This document shows, one piece after another, positions 58,517-64,000 of a stretch of 64,000 bases of DNA. The DNA lies in contig JAPMXV010000035.1 in the NCBI GenBank assembly GCA_026936335.1, positions 62,001 through 126,000 of the forward strand, written 5' to 3'. The position numbers and the translations under genes were made by a program. This DNA is from Mantamonas sphyraenae STR306. Lineage: Eukaryota; Protista; CRuMs. Below the pieces are notes generated by a model. The model had not been told where the DNA came from. It was given only the letters and a program-made list of their open reading frames with translations, and ran no database searches. The first letter of the stretch is position 1, and each line of letters starts with the position of its first letter.

Positions 58517-60909
58517 ATGAGTTCAGGAATCGTCAACCTGAGCGAATTGGCCATGCAGTCACGTCGACAGGCGGCCCAAGGGCACGGAGAAGCAAACTCT
58601 GGGAGCGGAGGAGGAAGGAAGACGGAAACCGACCGCAGTCCAAGCCAGGCGGCCGCACAGCAGCATGGGGCCTCCTCAGTGCATGGGATACCACGCACGG
58701 GTAGTTTTGTCATCAACGGATCCACAGGCGTCGTGCAGCAGGGTGTGGCTGGCACCACATTCACAGGCTTCTTCAAGAAAATTAGCGGCGGGAGCGCACG
58801 CACGGAAGGCGTGCACGTACGAGGTGAGAGCGGCCAGAGGAGGGATGGATGGTCGGCCACACACTTGCCACGGTGTGGGGAAACCCATGGTGGATGTGTG
58901 TGGAGAGAAGTAGAGAGGAAAGGAGGTTGCGGAAGGGTGTGGGGAGGGCTGAGACAGAAGAGGAAGGAACAATCGGAGAGAGGAGAGGGAAGGAGAGGCA
59001 CTCACACAGAAGGGTGTGGACACGGACCCTGGCACATGCGGGCTGGGACGACATGCACATGCGGTTGCGGTTGACAGACGGGATTGCAGGGGATGCAGAT
59101 GGGGATGGGAAGCACGATGGGACGGAGGAAGAAGGGGAGAAAACGGGAGTTGGCGCGAAGAACGGCATCCATGCTGGAGCAGGGCAGGCATACGGGGGCA
59201 AGGGCGTGCCTGCGCATGTGGGTGGAAAGTACGTGTACGCAGTACACGGGCGAAACCATCATACGCAGGAAACAGAAGGAGGGCCAGGGATGCAACAGGT
59301 GGCAGGGAAAGGGAGAAACAGCGGGAGAAACGCACACTTGCGAGGAATGGGAGGTGGTGCAAGGGGAAGCACATCTGAGTGGGCACACGGACATGTGAAC
59401 GCAGGCGACGACAGGTGGCCATACACCATGGCCAATGTGCATGGCGAACAACGAACCAGTGGGATGGAGGAGCACCATCTGCTGGGCAGTGAGTACGACG
59501 ACGACGACGTGCTAAGTAGGTGGACTACGTGGGGGTGAGCAGGAGGTGGACAATGGGAGAGATGGACGACTGACACACACACACATCACACACACATCAC
59601 ACACATCACACACACAGGATCGCTGCCTACGGATCTGCCCTTGTACGTTTCGACCAGCGAAGACACCGAGTCACAACTGACCATGGACGGCATGGGTCGT
59701 GTCACCACGTCGATGATTGAGGAACGGATGAACACGCCATCGGAACTGTACGTGATGTCTCCGTATGGGAGCATCCGGCGTGAAGTGGTAGGAGGTGGAC
59801 AGGGGCAGGGACAAAGTGTACGCGTGGTGTACGGGCATGACCACAGCCAACCGAGTCATCAGGAACACATGTATAGCAACAGCAACGGCAGGGGGGCGAA
59901 CCACCACCGACAGAATCACCACAATCAACACACGCACGAGGACTTTACCATTGACGAACACGAGGTGGCGGCGTATTTTCCAGCATCGCCTACAGAGGAG
60001 GAGGAGCTGATGGCCAAGCACAGCTTTGACATTGGCGGCGGACAGACCAGCAACTTTACCATGGGAGGGAGCACCAGCACAAGCAAGACAAAGAAGAACA
60101 AGGGAAGCAAGAAGAAGCACAACCGCAACCACAACCACAACCACCAGAGTGCGCACACGGGACAGCCCTTGACTGTGCAACAAGCGCTACAAGCAGCCAA
60201 GATGCGGCAGACCATGCAGATGGAGGCATTGAACAGGAACCAGCCTCTGTACATCGACCAAACGATGGACCGTGACCGGTTCAATCCACAGCAAGCAGCA
60301 GCTCCAACGCGCAGAGAAGAGAGCCAAAGAGAGGCAGGTGAGCATGGGCAGGCGCATCAGCAGACGAAGCAGGAGGGCAGCCACGAGACAGTCGTGGTGA
60401 GTGCAGAGAATGTGACACCCACCAAGCGTGAGGCCATCCACACCGAGGAGGAGGACGACGACGATGACGATGGTTCCTGGGGATACGATGACAATGCTCG
60501 GGATGGTACTTATGGAGAGAAGCCCAAGCGGAAGAAAGCAAGACGCAGCAGCAGCGGCAAGAAGCGAAACGGAGAAGGAGCAGCAGCGCGACGCAAGTCG
60601 TACGCACAGGTCGGCATGGACGACGCCACTGCCCGCGCTGCCGCACTGCGCAACAAGAGACGCATGGCATTCACCAAGGAGGTGACATACAAGCTGCGCA
60701 GGTGGCTGTACTACCACGTGGACAAACCCTATCCGACGGAGGCGGAAAAGGTGGAGCTGATGGAAAACACCGACCTGGAACTGATCCAGATCAACAACTG
60801 GTTCATCAATGCCAGAAGACGCACCCTCAACACACTGCGCAAGCTCAGTGAGATGAAGGGGGGGGAAGCATTGACACAGCAAGAGGAAGAGAAGTATCTG
60901 TGGCCATGA
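58517..60909 (+). CDS. TALE homeodomain protein C (MEIS/KNOX/TGIF-type) with long disordered N-terminus
   Basis: [43 protein letters not shown]; frame-consistent exons 58517-58823, 59078-59515, 59618-60909. Confidence 0.88.
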
Positions 60910-60971
60910 GTGAAATCCCCCTTGTTTGTCCATCATCGCCCATGTGTGACTCTGTCTCGCTCTCTTTCCTC

Positions 60972-62036
60972 TCAGATCTCGCTGTCACTGGGGTCGGCAA
61001 TGGTCTTTTGGATGAGCACCACCCTGCTCTGGCGTGTTTCAGAGGGAGGGAACTCCATCTGACGCTGGGTGGCGTAGTTGAGCTTGCTCTCAAAGATGGT
61101 GCGGTACATTCCGCTGGCCTCAAACATCTTTGCATAGTCGATGATGTGTGAGTGACCACCACGTGTCTTGTATCGAGTGGGGCAGTGGTGCTCCTGGTCA
61201 AACACGTGCATGACAATGATCCCTCCTGGGGCAAGGTGCCGGTGCACATTGTGCAGTGCTGCAAACAGCCACGGGCGTGCAACCACGTCGATGGTGTACG
61301 ATGTGATGATGAGATCAAAGGTGCCCACCAGTTTGGGATCCAATTCATCGTGGTCGTCCATGGTGCCCACGTAAAACTTGAACTCGGGAAAGTCGGCCGA
61401 GTTCACCTCCTTTGCCAGCGGCGACGGGTCAATTCCCACGCCCACCTCACACGTCCCCCATCGGTCGCACATCTGTTTCATCCTCGATGCATACGCAGGT
61501 CCTGTGTCGATGATTGTGAGTGTGGGGGCGGGGGTTTGGGTGTCAGCTCGTTCGCGCTTTCGGGGGCTGATTGCAAAACACGCGGTTGCGAGTGCGCTTG
61601 TTGTGTGGCACAGTGCGTCATACAACTCCCATTCTGCCATGTATCTCATGGGCGCACCACAGAAGCATACAATGCACACACGCCTGGAGCGTGTGTGTGA
61701 CACAGTGGCGAGAAAGAGGCGGCGGGGAGAACGGTGTGGCCGCGGCTGTCAAAGGCAGCAAGGGAGGAAGGAAGGAAAAGGAGTGCCAAACACACCATAG
61801 TCCAGAATGCGCTTAAACTTGTGCCCCAGACGATCCAGGGTGAGGAACACAATGTCCTTGTTGATATCCCAGGCCTTGTATGCACCCAGGTTGGCACGGA
61901 AGTACGCGTCGGCCTGGTCGCGACTGCCGTAGCTCATGTGGCCGCGGTGTTCGTCGGCTGTGACTCCACACACGGCACACAGCAGGACCAGAAGGGCCAT
62001 CGCAAGCACAGACAGTGTCTGTGGACGTGATTCCAT
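60972..62036 (-). CDS. Secreted or signal-bearing class I SAM-methyltransferase (paralog 2)
   Basis: Signal LSVLAMALLVLLCAVCG; RILDYG|CFCG; GVGIDPS; GTFDLIITSYTIDVV...HLAPGGIIVM; two introns. Confidence 0.75.
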
Positions 62037-62110
62037 GACGTGAAACAATTTGGATTGGTTCGCAGCAAGCAATTTTGCGTGTCGTTTCGTTTGTTGTTTG
62101 CCATCGCTCT

Positions 62111-64000
62111 CTAGCATCCTCCAGGTTCGTACTCGGTGCCTGGATCCTCACCCAACACAGGGACAGTGGAAGCGGTGGAAGCACCGGCCATGGCAGCCTG
62201 AGCCTCCTGTTCTTCGGCGAGCTCACGTGCACGCTGCTGGGTCTTGCGTGGCTTGCGATAGCGGGTCTCGATGGGATCAAAGCCACGTTCGGGAGCACCA
62301 AACTGGGCCCATGCGGGTGTCTCTGCCATGTAAGTCGACGGTGGAGAAGGGTTCGGTGCCAGCCTGCAGCTCAATGAACTTGTCAAAGTCGATGTGGGTG
62401 TACCAGCTGCCGTTGATCTTGAACTTCTTTGGTGAGGCCAGCAGGATGCAACACGAGTGTTCGTGCTCACTGGCCACCTCATACTCTCCTTCCGTCAGTT
62501 CGGCAATCTTTTGGGAGAAGAGCAGCACCTCCTCGTGCCAGGGCACGTTCTGCATGCTCAACGACGACCGCTTGCCATTGCCACAAAAGGTGACCCCCTT
62601 GATTTCCACAAAGTCGGGCATGCCCCGCATGATCAGTTTGCAGTACTCCTCCATGTCCTCCATGTTCCACCCCTTCACCAGCGTCATGCGAAACACCGTG
62701 CGCTGGCCCTTGGCTCGCAGCGAGTCGATGCTGCTCAGGAATCGCTCCCAAAAGTCTTCAAACAGGGGACGATCCACCTCTTTCATGGACTCCTTGGTGG
62801 GTGCATCCACAGAGATGTACAGTTGGGTCACAGGACGCAACTCGTCAATCTTCTCCGGAAACTGGGCGTTGGTCACCATGAACGAGGAGATGCCACGAGT
62901 GTGCATGTCGTCCAAAAAGGTGTTGATCTCTGGGTAGATGATGGGTTCGCCCACCAGCGACAGGGCACAGTGACGCGGTGTGAACCCCTCCTCCAGTCGT
63001 TCCGGTTGCACCCCGGGCACCCCACGCATGGTGTTGATCATGGCCACATGCTTCTCGATGGCCTCGTCCAGAATGAACCCCGGTTCGTCCTGTTCCCAAC
63101 GCCACTCTCGTCCCACAGGGTTCTTGTGGTGCCGCCAGCAAAACACACACTTGTTGGCACACGCCATGCTGGGTGTCATCTCCATGCACCGGTGTGACTC
63201 GATGCCGTAAAAGGTGTGTTTGTAGCAGCCTCCACGCCCACGAAGCATGCTCTTGGTCCATCGGCACATCTTGACCCCACTGTGGCTGCCAATGATCTTG
63301 TACCCCTGCTTCTGCAACGATGCCTTGTGGGATTCAGTCAACATCACACGCACCTCCTTCCCATTCCTCACCTCCAACCCATCCATGGCCTCCCCTTCCT
63401 CTGCACTGTCCTCGTCCTCCTTCTCCTCCTCCTCTTCGTCGTCGTCCTCCACCGCATCATCCGCATTCTCCCCCTCCAGTTGGATCACAGGTCGCTTGCG
63501 TGCCTTCTTGCCCACTCGTCCTGCCTTCTTGCGTGTCTTGTTGCCTCCACGGCGTTGACGCAGAGACGAGGACGACGACGACGACGACGAGGCCATCATG
63601 GAGCCCATGTCCTCCACATCCACCAATGGTTCGGCATGGTCATCCCCATCCTCATCACTCTCATCCTCACTGGCATACTGGAATTGCGTTGGGTCCATCT
63701 GCGACAGCAACCCCTGCGACCACACCTGGAAGGCCGCGTTCATGTCCTTGCCTGGTGCACTGTCACCCAGCCCCAGACGCCACATGCGCTGTGCTCCCAT
63801 CTTCTCCAGTCGATGGTTCGTCTTGCGTCCCAACGTGTTGAAGAACTTGCTGTAGGCGCTGTCGCCCAGTCCAAACACCGCAAAGCGCATCTTCTGCAGC
63901 CACATGGCTCCCATGCGTTGATCCTGCGTGGCGTCCTTCAGCAGATCAAAGAATGTCCTGCACTTCGGTGGTGCTCTGTGGTACGTGCAGTCGGTTGCAA
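62111..64000 (-). CDS. TYW1: TYW1 wybutosine biosynthesis radical SAM enzyme with flavodoxin domain, 5' truncated
   Basis: FAVFGLGDSAY; GYKIIGSHSGVKMCRWTK; CANKCVFCWRH; HCALSLVGEP. The conserved tail YMAETPAWAQFGAPERGFDP lies in the next frame (extra base at 62332). Confidence 0.96.

Noticed and set aside
2060-62335. Programmed frameshifting, insertional editing or an alternative genetic code
   Set aside because: No shared slippery motif, mixed directions, and all three stop codons end genes normally; sequencing error is simpler.

Overview
Very gene-dense, GC-rich eukaryotic nuclear DNA, probably from a flagellated protist (CCDC13-like and augmin-like genes; taxon cannot be determined). It holds about 33 protein genes with short GT-AG introns and spacers mostly of 10-170 bp. 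Housekeeping genes: G-patch splicing factor, Josephin, TDG, TRIP12-like HECT E3, BCCIP, PRDX5, SLU7, U2AF65, POP1, glycerol kinase, TTC39, AIM24, RPL21, UXS, long-chain alcohol oxidase, S1P lyase, METTL23, MLH1, TYW1. The main signal is a head-to-head pair of intronless, mutually paralogous TALE homeodomain genes only 70 bp apart (32099-33602). One has a PBX-like helix 3 and the other a MEIS/KNOX-like helix 3. The pair lies about 1 kb from a Rim4-like RRM gene with a prion-like tail, and a third TALE gene is head-to-head with MLH1. This looks like a candidate mating-type or sexual-development locus (inference). Also found: a dual-guide intronic box C/D snoRNA in SLU7, several unusual domain architectures, and CA-repeat 3' splice sites. 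About ten single-base frameshifts, mostly in short homopolymers, point to assembly indel errors, so apparent fusions and splits need caution. Family assignments come from motif recognition only; no searches were run.
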